Of a stretch of 64,000 nucleotides of DNA, positions 47,301 to 60,436 are shown in pieces. The stretch is from the NCBI GenBank assembly GCA_964016885.1, contig OZ024743.1:172174001-172238000 (forward strand). The letters are read 5' to 3'. How positions within the stretch are numbered: the first letter of the stretch is position 1; each line of letters opens with the position of its first letter. The position numbers were made by a program, and so were the translations under genes. Source of the DNA: Eledone cirrhosa. Its lineage: Eukaryota. The notes beneath the pieces were generated by a model. It was not told the origin of the DNA, did not search any database, and worked only from the letters and a program-made list of their open reading frames with translations.

Positions 47301-50296
47301 ACGCGTTTAGCTTCCCGTAGCCGGGTCCTCGTCTATGAGGCCTATCTAAGTCAAGGACACAGATCACGAATTTGTGGTCCATGTAGCTGACTATCTTGAA
47401 TTGTGGACACCCTATGCTAGACCTATCTATTTCCCTACAAAATACTCTATCTAGATATGATCTGGATGACCCTATGCGATTTGTCCAAGTCCACATTGGC
47501 ACATTCGGGAAATCCATTCGGTACCTGTCAAACAGTTCAAAACGCCTGAGCAGGTTGGTGAGACTCCTGCACCCTCCTTCCCTATCCACTAATCCCACAC
47601 AATCCCAGCGTGCATCTAAGATCCCGTTCCAGTCGCCCACTAACACTAAAGAGCGGGACCTTCCAAGAAAGGTCTCCAGACGCCGGAAGATATCAGGCCG
47701 CCCTGCTCCTGTCGGGGCATAGACGGCCACTAACCTGAAAGCTTGCCCTTCTCCGCTGTTCACGTCCAGCACCACCAACTTACCTTCTGGGTCCAGGAAG
47801 ATGGCCCGTATGGCGATATCCAAACCTCTCCGAAAAAGAACAGCAACTCCTCCCCCCGATCCCGGACAGCTGGGAGATGCGTACACATCGTAGCCGCCGA
47901 AGATCGGTGCGAAGGCCCGTGCTTCGGAGATTCTGGTCTCGCTGATGGCCACTACATCTATGATTAGTGACCTGAGGTCGTTGAGCAGGTGGCCCTTCTT
48001 CCATGACGACCCCAAGCCACGCGCATTTATGCTGCCTATTCTGAGTGAGGTCATGTTGAAAAGGAGTGGAAAAGATGGGAAAGACCACTTACCTTACTTC
48101 TCGTAGGGGAAGGACGGTTTTTCCATCCTTTTCACTGCTTGTGGCCTCCTCAGGAAGGATGTCCTTATAAATCCTCCTGGAGAGTGCTTGTCGGAAGTCT
48201 CCGATGTCTTTGGGGAATTTTTGTTTTCGTGTCATGTACGTTTTCTGTGCGATGCGAGTGATTTGTATGTGTGGAGGTGGTGTGAATTTTGGGGTTGTTG
48301 TGTAGTCTTTTTCTGTGATGCTGGTGTTGTGTTGGATGTAGTGTAATAATTGCTTGTTGTTCAAATTTAATGCTGTGTAGTGTGTATCGTTTTGGTTGTT
48401 TTGTTTTGTTTGCGTTTGTTGTGGGTTTGTTTCTGTTTCGCATTTTGGTGACTTTTGTGGTGTAGGTGATGGTGGTGTTGGGGTTAATGATGGTGATGGT
48501 GTTGGTGTTTGGGTTGATGGGGTTGGTGATGCTGGTGTGGATGGTGGCATATCTGTCCTAAATTTTTTGTTTGTTAATTTATTTGTTTCCCTCTGTATTT
48601 TGTTTTTGGAGGGGGAAGGAAGAGAATTTTTTCTTTTTTGGTTTCTTTTTTTTTTCCTGATACCGTTTCCCACTCCTCGTCGTCACAATCTGTCTCCAGT
48701 TGTGATAGGCCGGGGAGTGGAAAATTCTCCACAGGCGTTAGTTTTGGTTGTGGCGTGGTGGATGGTGTAGGCGCTGGTGCTAGTTCTGAAGCGTTGGGTG
48801 GTGGTTGTGTTGGTTTTGCTGGTGGTGGTGGTGTTGGTTTTGCTACTGTTGCTGGGGTTGTTGCTGTTATAGTTGCTTCTGTTGTTGCTGCTACAGTTGT
48901 TGCTGCCATCTCTGCTACTGGTGGTGTTGATGGTTGTGTCACTGGGGTGGGTAGGAGAGGTGGCCTCAACCTTTTAGCCTGAGGGCAGAAAGCCCTTAGG
49001 TGGGTTCCTTCACCACAAACGACACACCTAGGCCTTCTGCCCTCGACAATTACGGTGAGGTGGCTGCCGTCAGTGAGGTCTATTACCTCTGGGATCTCCT
49101 CAATGCTTTTTTTGTCCGCTTGGATCAGGAGCTCCATCCCAGATCCGGACCAGTTCTCCTGCTTTTCTTTTGCTATTGCTATTATCTTTGTGTTGGCTTC
49201 GATGCCGGCGAGGACGGCCGCTATTAGCCAGGGAATTTCGATGGGCGGTGGAACGTGGGTCACCCTGATCTTTACGAGTCTCTGGCCACAATAGCTTGGG
49301 ACGAGTGTGAAGTCGTCACTTCTTAATGGGGCCATGGAGTGTTCTCTAGCCTCCTCTGGTGTTTCAAAGAACACGTCCACCGTTCCATACTTCTGCCCAC
49401 GTCTGATGTGGGTTTTTCTTGCCCACACATGTCCCAAAGCTTTTTGGATGTGGGACTCGGATGCCCGTTCCACTCGGCGCGATTTTACATTTATTGTTCG
49501 ATACGACACGGTGCATAGACGCCGATGCTCCCTTTTATTAGGTGGGGCGGGGGTGAGGCTGACCCTGTACCCATCTTTCTTTACCATTTGTTTGGCATTT
49601 TCTAAATCCTCCTGAGTTACCGTAAATGCTTCGAACTGTTTTGCTACTCTGGCAAAACTCAGGGTGTTTTTTTAATGTCATTGTTGTTGTTGTTGCTATC
49701 GTTATTTTTGTTATTATTAATTTTAGTTTCAGTTGTGGTGGTGGTGACGTCATTGAAAGTCGGTTTGGGAGAGTCCATTTTGGTTGAAAATATTTCGACA
49801 TCACGAGTTGATTTATTTTTTGCTTTTGTTTCTGTTGTTGCGGTGGTGGTGGTGGTGGTGGTGGTGGTGGTGGTGGTGGTTGTCGCGGTGGTGGTGGCGG
49901 CTTTAACACCTTCAGTCATTGGTAATGGCGGGAAATGAATGTCTGCCTGAAACAAATTTAAAATATTGCTAGTGCTTAAATTGTTTGTGTTGGCAAACGT
50001 AGTATCATTTACAATGGTGGTGTCGGTGTGAGGTGTTAATTTGTGAGGAAGGCTTTCAGCTGCTTGGTGCAGAGGTGAATTAGCCATTTTTTTTCAAAGA
50101 AATTTTTTGATAATCATAAAAGTTTAAATTTTGTGTACAAGGCCCCAATCTTTTTGGGTGTCCTTTTCGGAAAACAATGTATGTGCGCTTATATATAGTT
50201 AACAATAAAAACTTTCCATAAATGGCAATTTTTAACAAACGGAAATAACAAACCTTTGCGGAGCTCACGATGATACGATTTACTACGTAGGTCGCC
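44397..50296 (-). mobile_element. Tx1 copy T4 (type 2), a T5/T3 chimera created by tandem duplication
   Basis: 3' ~1 kb matches T5, remainder matches T3 (offset 5935-5939). Confidence 0.9.
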
Positions 50297-50335
<39 letters not shown>

Positions 50336-50337
<2 letters not shown>

Positions 50338-53300
50338 TTTTTTATTAACCACAAGGGTTTACATAAAGTAGACATTAAGGACAGTACAGGACAATACCGG
50401 CCGGTACAAATGGGCATTTCTGTGTGTAAAAAAAACAAAAACAGGATGTAACAAAAAAATAACAATGAAAAATTCCATAATAGGGGGGAGACTGCCGAGG
50501 GACATTTGTGGAAAAAGCCCATTAAAAGGCCACAGTGACCCCGGCCACCAGAGCAAATGCCCTCTCCCAGTTTTCCACCTTTAATTTACAGACAGATACT
50601 CAGAGTAGGCCCATTCACTCGGGCCATACTTGCTTCTCTCACCCATCTTTCAACAAAATGCTGGGAAGAGAGCATTTCCCTCTTTACTCTGATTTTCCTT
50701 TTCAAATGAAATTTGAAAAAGTTAATCAGGGCATCACCGAAAAGGTAAGTGCTCGTCTTCAGCCCTTTCAAACGTGTCCACCATACTATCTCTTTCGCCA
50801 TGGCCACCAGACAGATAAAAACTGCCTGCCCTTCCCGGCTAAAGGAAGAGGGCGGGGCAATCCTTACGATGGACTCAGCTGATAGCCGGATCCGTTCTAC
50901 ACGCGACAGCAGAGGTTCGACATAAACCCACAAGTCAGCAATGCTCGGACACTGGACGATGCGTGCAGGACGGTTTCGTCACCCTGCGCGCATCTCGGAC
51001 ATGTTCGGCTGACCACACCTCCATGCCTGTAGAGTTTATCCCGAACTGGCAAAGCTCCTCGGTAGCAGTGCCAGGCCAGGGATTCTGGAAGCTGTCCATA
51101 GGCCCCGGCCCGAAAGCCCTTCCGAAGAGATTGGCTAGTTGATTTTCGTCGACGCCTAGAGTTTCTCCAAGTACGTCGTCGCTCTTCCCCTCCACTAATC
51201 CTCTATAGAACGCCAGTTGGAGTTTCCACCCATCAGATTGCCCGATTGGTCGAGGGCTGTGAGCGCCTGAAGACATTCCAGTCTCCAAGCGCTCCCTCTC
51301 GGTCTTCGCTTGACCCAGGACTGCAGCTCCGTCAAGGAGACGAGCTGGGGAAAGACGTGTCTAGCAAACGGCGACCACACCTGATCACCGTCGAGGAAGA
51401 GGTGGAGATGTCGTAGCCTGAGCGCGTGTCTGCGCATCATCAGCCACGGCATGCCCAGCCCTCCACTTAGCGAGTGTTGACAGCAGATGGACTGCCTGAC
51501 CATCGGAGCGAGTCCCTTCCACAAAAATCGAAAGAGCAAACGCTCCAGCGCAGTCAGGCGGGGCTTAGGACAAGATACGACGGTCAGGCGGTGTAGATGA
51601 CGGACGCGATGTACGCGTTAGTACCTCCGCTCGACCTTTCAGGGATAGCTTCCACTCCGCCCATTTCTGGGTGAGAGAAGCCACCCTGCTCGTCACCTCG
51701 TCTCACTTTTTGTCCGTCTGGAGGTCCGGACCGAACCAGACCCCTAGCAATTTAACCGGTCCGTCCGTCCAGCGCCCGACGACGCTGTTGGACGGCATGG
51801 ACCTGCCGCTCCAAGTGCCGAGCTGCAGGCCCACTGACTTTTCCTGGTTGTTCATTGCTCCTGTCACCGCTTCGTATTCTTTTAGTGTAGTGTCGATCGC
51901 CTCGATGTGTTTGGTGTTCGATACCAATACGGTGACATCGTCCACCTATGCTGACACGGATCTTCCGCATCCTAGTTCGCGCGAGACCCCCCTCAACGTC
52001 TCCAGTTTATGCAGTAATGGCTCGACAGTCAATACGTACAAGTGGGACGAGAGGGGACATCCGTGGCGGACCGAGCGCATGATGTTGAACGGTTCCGAAA
52101 GGTGACCGTTCACTGTCACCACAGAGCAGATATAGCCGTGCATAGCAGCGATCCAGCCTCTGAAGACGGGCCCAAAGCCATCCGCCCTCAGGACTGCCGC
52201 TAGGTAATGATGGTCGACCCTATCGAAAGCTTTCGACTGATATAAATTGATCAAGGACCCACCCGTGCCAGGTTCCCTAGCTACCCTCTCTACGATGTAT
52301 CGCATAAGGTGGAGGTTGTCGTGGATGGATCTGTAGGGAATGGCGCACGTCTGCGCTTCTCCCAGCAAACCACCAACGACAAGCGCCAACCTCTTTGCTA
52401 GCACCTTGGCCAAAATCTTGAACTCTGTGTTTAGCATGGTTATGGGCCTGAAATTATCTATGTTATTCCCCTTGTTCGGATCCTTTCTCAGCAGCGCCAC
52501 AGCTCCTCGGCTCACAGAGCTGGGAATTCTCCCGTTCTGTTGCCTGTTGCAGTAGACGTCCGCCAAGAGGCCTCCGAACAAGTCTGGCATCTATACGTAA
52601 AGTTCATAGGGCAGACCATCCAAACCAGGCGATTTACCACTTGTGCAGCCAGTCATTGCCTCCCGTACTTCAGCGGCTGTTATGGGCTTTTCGCAACACT
52701 CCGCCTCAGTGGCCGAGAGCCGCGGCAGTCCGTCGAGGTAGACACTAAAGTCCATCTGTCGCTCCGGCCCACCGCTGTCCCTTAACAGCTGTGCGAAGTG
52801 TCGCTGGAAAGCTTCACACATTTGCCTGGGATCGAGTAGCATGCGCCCGTCGTGGTTCACCAAAGACCGGATCGTGGCTTTGTTGCCACGACGCACCTCC
52901 GCCACTCGGGCCCATTGAACGGCTTTCGTCCCCTCGTGTCTGAGAGCACGCACCCTAGCTCTGACAACGCAGCCTTCGTGCTTTGCATTGAAGAATTGTT
53001 CAAGGGCCAATTTCGCCGCAAGTACATCGGTCGCGATGCCTTTGCTAAGCGCCTCGTCTCATTTTCTAACTAGTTCACCCTCTGCTCTATTTTTCTCTAT
53101 TGCTAAAGCCTTACTAAACCTAATGGACTCTATTCTAATCGCTCTTTTCAGAGCAAACCACCACTTGTTGACCATGGCCCCCGTCAACGCCCGCTTAACT
53201 AGTTCGCTAATCCGGTCTCTGCAGACCGTGCGCGCTGGTAAAGACGCGTTTAGCTTCCAGTAGCCGGGTCCTCGTCTATGAAGCCTATCTAAGTCAAGCA

Positions 53301-56130
53301 CACAGATCACGAATTTCTGGTCCGTGTAGCTGACTATCTTGAATTGTGGACAGCCTATGCTAGACCAATCTATTTCCCTACAACATACTCTATCTAGATA
53401 TGATCTGGATGACCCTATGCGATTTGTCCAAGTCCACATTGGCACATTCGGGAAATCCAATCGGTACCTGTCAGACAGTTCAAAAGGCCTGAGCTGGTTG
53501 GTGAGGCTCTTGCACCCTCCTCCCCTATCCGCTAATCCCACACAGTCCCAGCGTGCATCTAAGATCCCGTTCCAGTCGCCCACTAACACTAAAGAGCGGG
53601 ACGTTCCAAGAAAGGTCTCCAGACGCCGGAAGAAATCAGGCCGCCCTGCTCCTGTCGGGGCATAGACGGCCACTAGCCTGAAAGCTTGCCCTTCTCCGCT
53701 GTTCACGTCCAGCACCACCAACTTACCTTCTGGGTCCAGGAAGATGGCCCGTATGGCGATATCCAAACCTCTCCGAAAAAGAACAGCAACTCCTCTCCCG
53801 ACCCGGGATGGCTGGGAGATGCGTACACATCGTAGCCGCCGAAGATCGGTGCGAAGGCCCGTGCTTCGAATATTCTGGTCTCGCTGATTGCCACTACATC
53901 TATGTTTAGTGACCCGAGGTCGTTGAGCAGGTGGCCCTGCTTCCATGGCGACCCCAAGCCATGCGCATTTATGCTGCCTATTCTGAGTGAGGTCATGTTG
54001 AAATGGAGTGGAAAAGATGGGAAAAACCACTTATCTTACTTCTCGTAGAGGAAGGATGGTTTCTCCATCCCTTTTCACTGCTTGTGGCCTCCTCAGGAAG
54101 GATGTCCTTATAAATCCTCCTGGAGAGTGCTTGTCGGAAGTCTCCGATGTCTTTGGGGAATTTTTGTTTTAGTGTCGTGTACGTTTTCTGTGTGATGCGA
54201 GTGATTCGTATGTGTGGAGGTTGTGAGAACTTTTGGATTGTTGTGTAGTCTTTTTCTGTGATGATGGTGTTGTGTTGGATGTAGTGTAATAATTGTTTGT
54301 TGTTTAAATTTAATTGTTTCTACTTTTGGCACAAGCCCAGCAATTTTTCCAGTGTATTACTGGTACTTTTTCAAATTTAATGCTGTATAGTGTGTATCGT
54401 TTTGGTTGTTTTGTTTTGTTTGCGTTGTCATGGGTTTGTTTCTGTTTCGCTTTTTGGTGACTTTTGTGGCGTTTGTGATGGTGGTGTTGGGGTTAATGAT
54501 GGTGATGGTGTTGGTGTTTGTGGTGATGGGGTTGGTGATGCTGGTGGGGATGGTGGCATATCTGTCCTAACTTTTTTGTTTGATAGTTTATTTGTTTCCC
54601 TCTGTATTTTGTTTTTGGAGGGGGAAGGAAGAGAATTTTTTTCTTTTTTGGTTTCTTTTTTTCTTTTTTGCTGATACCGTTCCCCACTCCTCGTAGTCAC
54701 AATCTGTCTCCAGTTGCGATGGGCCGGGGAGTGGAAAATCCTCCACAGGCGTTGGTTTTGGTTCTGGCGTGGTGGATGGTGTAGGCGCTGGTGCTAGTTC
54801 TGGCGCGTTGGGTGGTGGAGTGGAAAATCCCCCACAGGCGTTGGTTTTGGTTGTGGTCTGGTGGATGGCGTAGTCGCTGGTGCTAGTTCTGGCGTGTTGG
54901 GTGGAGGTGGTGGTGTTGGTTTTGCTACTGTTGCTGGGGTTGTTGCTGTTACAGTTGCTTCTGTTGTTGCTGCTACAGTTGTTGCTGCCATCTCTGTTGC
55001 TGGTGGTGTTGATGGTTGAGTCACTGGGGTGGGTAAGAGAGGTGGCCTCAACCTTTCAGGCTGAGGGCAGAAAGCCCTTAGGTGAGTTCCTTCACCACAA
55101 AGGAAACACCTAGGCCTTCTGCCCTCGACGATTACGGTGAGGTGGCTGCCGTCAGTGAGGTCTATTACCTCTGGGAACTCCTCAATGCCTTCTTGGTCCG
55201 CTTGGATCAGGAGCTCCATCCCAGATCCGGACCAGTTCTCCTGCTTTTCTTTCGCTATTTCGATTATCTTGGTGTTGGCTTCGAAGCCGGCGAGGACGGA
55301 AGCTATTAGCCAGGGAATTTCGATGGCCGGTGGAACGTGGGTCACTCTGATCTTCACGAGTCTCTGGCCAGAATAGCTTGGGACGAGTGTAAAGTCGTCA
55401 CTTCTTAATGGGGCCATGGAGTGTTCTCTGGCCTCCTATGGTGTTTCAAAGAACACGTCCACGGTTCCATTTTATTAGGTGGGGTGAGGCTGACCCTGTA
55501 CCCATCTTTCTTTACCATTTTTTTGGCTTCTTCTAATTCCTCCTGAGTTACCTGAAATGCTTCGCACTGTTTTGCTACTCTGGCAAAACTCAGGGTGGTT
55601 TTCTTAATTTCATTGTTGTTGTTATCGTTATTTTTGTTATTGTTAATTTTAGTTTCAGTTGTGGTGGTGGTGGCGTCAGTGGTGTTCGGTGTGGAAGAGT
55701 TTATTTTGGTTGAATTCATTTCGATATCACGAGTTAATTTATTTTTTTCTCTTGTTTCTCTTGTCGCTGTGGTAGTGGTGGGGGTGGCGGCTTTAACAGA
55801 TGCAGTCATTGGTAATGGCGGCAAATGAATGTCTGCCTGAGACAAATTTAAAATATTGCTACTGCTTATATTTTTAGTGTTGGCAAACGTAGTAATATTT
55901 ACAATGGTGGTGTCGGTGTGAGGTGTTAGTTTGTGAGGAAGGTGTGACTTTGAGTCATTCATGATTTTTTTCAAATAGATTTTTGTTTGATAATTATAAA
56001 AGTTTAAATTTTGGGCTCAACGCCCCAATCTTTTTGGGTGTCCTTTTCAGAAAACAGTGTATGTGCACTCATATTCAGTTAACAATAAAAATTTTCCATA
56101 AATGGCAATTTTAAACAACTTAAACAGCAA
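50336..56130 (-). mobile_element. Tx1 copy T5 (type 2), older and degenerate, extreme 5' end missing
   Basis: Fragmented ORF2 (50586-53996) and ORF1; SINE insertion; internal duplication near 54730-54905. Confidence 0.9.
54315..54369 (-). mobile_element. SINE 3' fragment inside T5 ORF1 with a 12 bp TSD
   Basis: tttaaatttaat (54303-54314) and ttcaaatttaat (54370-54381); empty site in T3/T4. Confidence 0.85.
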
Positions 56131-56221
56131 AAAAATAATTATTATTGTTGTTGTATCTCTAAACTCTCTCAAAATGTTTAGTTTACACGATGTCAAATCT
56201 AAACTATAATATAATAATAAT

Positions 56222-56332
56222 TGTTTCTACTTTTGGCACAAGGCCAGCAATTACCCAGTGTATTACTGGTACTTTATTTTATCGACCCCATAAGCAGAAA
56301 GGCAAAGTTAACCTCGGCGGGATTTGAGCTCA
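56222..56332 (-). mobile_element. SINE 3' fragment including the B box
   Basis: Matches ~60234-60347. Confidence 0.85.
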
Positions 56333-59300
56333 ATGATAAGCAAAAGTCAAAAAATTACAGAACAGAACACAGACAAAAACAAATGCAACAACAAAAGAAA
56401 AACAATTTCAAAAGTTTTGAACGCAACAACCCCTACTTCCCTCGTAGCTAAAATAAAAAATAGCAGCAACAGAAGCAACAGCAGCAACAGCAGCAACAGC
56501 AGCAACAACACTAGTAACCGATGTTACTGGCCTTGAAAAACAAAAAGGAAACAAAAAACAAAAAAAACTAAGACAGACATTCAAACATTACAATGAAACT
56601 TATGTTTATTTTTTAAAGTTTTTTCTATTTGATGTTTATTTATTTATGTTCGTCTACGGCGTGATGGTGTCACGCTAAAATCACCCGGGGTGATGAAATC
56701 CCTGGGGGTAATGAAATCACCGATGGTTATGTAACCATACATTCACCGATCCTCGATATGAGTGTTTAAATGTCGAACCTAAACAGTTCGAATAACGGTG
56801 TAGAGGAGACTGGAAAGTCATGTGAAAGACTCTCACCCAACAAGTGCTCCCTGGCCCAGCAGCAAAGACCTGGCTGTCATACAAATACTGCTGGTGTTGG
56901 AGGAAGAAGAAGAAGTAAAGGAACAAGAACCAACTGGACGAAAGAATTGAATAGAACTGTCATGGAAGAGTCGTTGGAAGAGTCGTTGGAAAAAGGCTAT
57001 AGGAAACGGATGCATAACATCTGGAACGAGATTGGTCTATTTAAATTAGATAAACAAAAATTGGCCGGGCAGGCTCGGGTAATAGGAACTAATGTATGGA
57101 TGAGCGAGTTGGAACTGGAAGAACTGAACAGAGACGTTAAGTTGGAAATGGAGAGTGGAGCATGTCAGGCAAGCGAGCCAGTGGGAAATGAAGGTGAAGA
57201 GGTTGAGAGACCTGAGGAAGCATCCGAAGCAGACAATGATCTGAATGCTGAAATACATAACATCGGTAACAAAGATACGGCCATTGAGGAGATGAATGCT
57301 GACGGGCTAGCACAAGATTTGGTTGATATCCTGAACTTAGTGGTAGATGAAATGAACAATGATAGTGGAAACCCTATTAACCTAAGATTTGTATACAGGA
57401 AAAAGTTAAAAGAAACAACAGCTAAGGTAAACAAAGTCATCCCATACTTTGAGGCGAGGAACCTTCACCAATGCAACAATATCCTCAAAGCAACAGCAAA
57501 TGGGGTGAGGAAATTACTTGGCATAAAACGAGAGGAAACAGCAAACAAGAAAGATCAGAACATTGGGGGAAGAAACGACTGAATGGTCAAATCAAGGAAA
57601 TGACAAAAGACATTGGAAAGCTTGAGTCCCTACTGAATGGGACATTACAAAACATAGACACTGAAAATAGATTGGAAATAAAGGACAAAACTAGGGGGGA
57701 AAGCTAAATATTATCATAGAGGAACTGAAGTAACGCATTGTAGCAAAGAGTGTAAAGATTAGGCGGTATGAGAGCAGAGTCAGTCAGTATAGACAGAACC
57801 GCATGTTTGAAAACAACCAAAAGATGTTGTTTGGACAACTTGAAGGGATAGAAAGAGGCAACGGCTTGATCCCTGAGGCGGAACAGACTAAGACATTCTG
57901 GAGAGGAATATGGAAGAAGGATGTTGAACATAATGGTCAGGCAGTGTGGATTGAGACAGTACAAAAGGAGATTAGTGAACAAGCACACCAACAAACTGAT
58001 TTGAGTATCACAGCTGAAACTCTTAAAGGACAGGCCAAAAAACTAACCAACTGGAAATGAGGCCCAGATGGTGTGCAGGGGTATTGGATTAAAAATATAA
58101 CATCCCTCTACCCGAAACTGACAACCATCTTCAATGACTGCGTAATGTCGGGTGAGGTACCAGAGTGGTTGACAAAAGATCCCACAGTTCTGGTAATGAA
58201 AGACCAAAGCAAAGGTAATGATGTTACCAACTATAGACCTATCATATGTCTGTCCGTAATGTGGAAACTGTTAACAAGCATTGTGTCTGAGGAAATCTAC
58301 AATCACCTCCACATAAACGACTTGTTACCGGACGAACAGAAAGGATGCCGAAAGAAGTCCCGTGGTACAAAATACCAGTTACTTATTGATAAGATGGTAA
58401 TGAGGAATTGCAAGAGGAGATACACTGGTCTTGCCATGGGATGGATAGATTACACAAAGGCATTCGACATGGTACCTCATTCTTGGATCACCAAAAGCCT
58501 AGAGATCTTCAAGGTGGCAGATAACATCAGACAGTTGTTGAGCAAAAGTATGAAGTCCTGGAAAACAGAGTTAACATCGGGTGGAGAATCCTTGGGAGGC
58601 GTGAAGATCAAGAGAGGTATCTTCCAGGGAGATAGTCTGTCACCTCTGTTGTTTGTCATTGCCCTGATGCCCCTGACCATTATACTGTGAAAAGTGAGAG
58701 TAGGATACAAGTTGGGAAGAGGAGAGCTTACCATCAACCACCTCCTCTTCATGGACGATCTTAAACTCTTTGGGAAGAGTGAGAAGGAGTTGGATATACT
58801 TGTTGACACTGTCCGTATTTACAGAAATGATATATGTATGGAATTTGTTAATAATAAGTGTTGTGTCCTAGTGATGGAGAGGGGTAAATTGAGCAGAAGC
58901 AACGGAATCCAGGTACCAACAGGTGAGATGATAAAGGAAATTGACACTGAAAAGGGATACAAATATTTAGGTGTTCTGAAGCCAGATGACATCAAGAACT
59001 AACAAATGAAGGAATTGATAAGATCTGAAACATTAGGAGAATAAGGAGCGTATTAAAATCACATCTAAATAGTAGGAATGTGAATATCCGAGCTGTGTCT
59101 ATTATTAGGTACAGTGCTGGAATTCTGAGATGAAATGTTGCTGAACAAAAAGAAATGGATAGGAAGACTAGGAAGCTATTGACTATCTACATCATGTTCC
59201 ACAAGACGAGTGATGTCGATAGACTCTACTTAAAGAGATCTGAAGGTGGAAGAGGTCTTATCAGCATAGAGGACTGTGTTCAGATGGAGAAAAACAACGT

Positions 59301-60220
59301 GCACAAATACATGACTGACAGTAGGGAGCCAATGCTCAAAATGGTACTGAAGGAGAGGACAATAGACCACGGGATGTCCAAGGAGGAAATAACAACAAGA
59401 AGGGAGAGCAACGCTCATGAAAAATCCCTTCATAGTACCTTCTTTAAGAAAACTGAATTTAAAGATCCACAGACATGAAACTGGTTAAAAAGAGGAGACC
59501 TTAAAAAGGCTACAGAAGGAATGCTAATGGCTGCGCAAGAGCAGGCCCTCAGAACGAAGTGGGTGAAACACAATATTTACAAGGAGGAGGCTAGTCCACT
59601 GTGTAGGATCTGTGGAGAGATAGAGGAGACTGTGGCTCACATTGTATCCGAGTGTAAACACCTAGTTCAGACTCAGTATAAAAGCTAGAGACATGATGTG
59701 ATAGGCAGGGTGATCCACTGGCACCTATGCAAAGTAAATAATTTACCACATTCTGAGACGTGGTATGAGCATAAGCCAGAGTCGGTGATAGAAAACGATC
59801 AGGTGAAGGTGGTATGGGCTTTTAGGATACAGACGGACAAGAAATTAGAACACAATAGGCCTGTCCTGGTGATTTTGGACAATGAAAAAAGATCGTGCCT
59901 GATTCTAGATGTAGCCTGCCCATTTGACACGAGAGTGAAAGAAAGGGAGAGGGAGAAAATTAACTGATACCAGGACTTAAAGTGACAGGTAACAAGGATT
60001 TGGAACTTCCATGAAGTCAGGGTCGTCCCGATTGTCATAGACGCTGTAGGTACTATCTCAAAGAGTTTCCAAGGATGGTTAAAGAAAATTAGTCCAGCCC
60101 CGCTTTTTGGAACACTTCAAAAGGCATGCTTGCTGGGAACAGCAAAAACCCTCCGATACGTCCTGAATATTCATTTCAACAAACTTTCCAGTTAAATAAC
60201 ATCAATGACTGAGACTCATA
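56333..60220 (+). mobile_element. Dong-B copy B6, old diverged copy with a different distal leader
   Basis: ORF remnants 56770-60170 with many stops; homology to the B1/B2 leader begins only at ~56560. Confidence 0.88.
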
Positions 60221-60233
60221 GAATAGCAATAAT

Positions 60234-60420
60234 TGTTTCTACATTTGGCACAAGGCCAGCAATTACTCCAGTGTATTACTGGTACTTTATTTTATCGACC
60301 CCGTAAGGATGAAAGGCAAAGTTAACCTCGGCGGGATTTGAACTCAGTCCGTAAAGGGACGTAACTGTGCTGCAAAGCATGGCGTCCGACCCTCTACCGA
60401 TACTGCCAATCCACCGCCTT
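60234..60420 (-). mobile_element. Full-length tRNA-derived SINE (~187 nt) with a 16 bp TSD
   Basis: Minus strand: A box TGGCAGTATCGG, B box GAGTTCAAATCCC, central gcctttcatccttacggggtcgataaaataaagtaccag (resembles the MetaSINE-type core as I recall it); TSD atagaatagcaataat at 60218-60233 and 60421-60436. Confidence 0.9.
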
Positions 60421-60436
60421 ATAGAATAGCAATAAT

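Larger units (their letters stand above)
39480..51360. repeat. ~5.94 kb direct tandem duplication (two units)
   Basis: Identical ORF-track entries at +5935/+5939; same (AAT)13 and (GGT)n lengths. Confidence 0.92.

Noticed and set aside
60330-60420. tRNA gene
   Set aside because: A and B boxes are present, but the region continues into a SINE body and tail with a TSD; no proper cloverleaf
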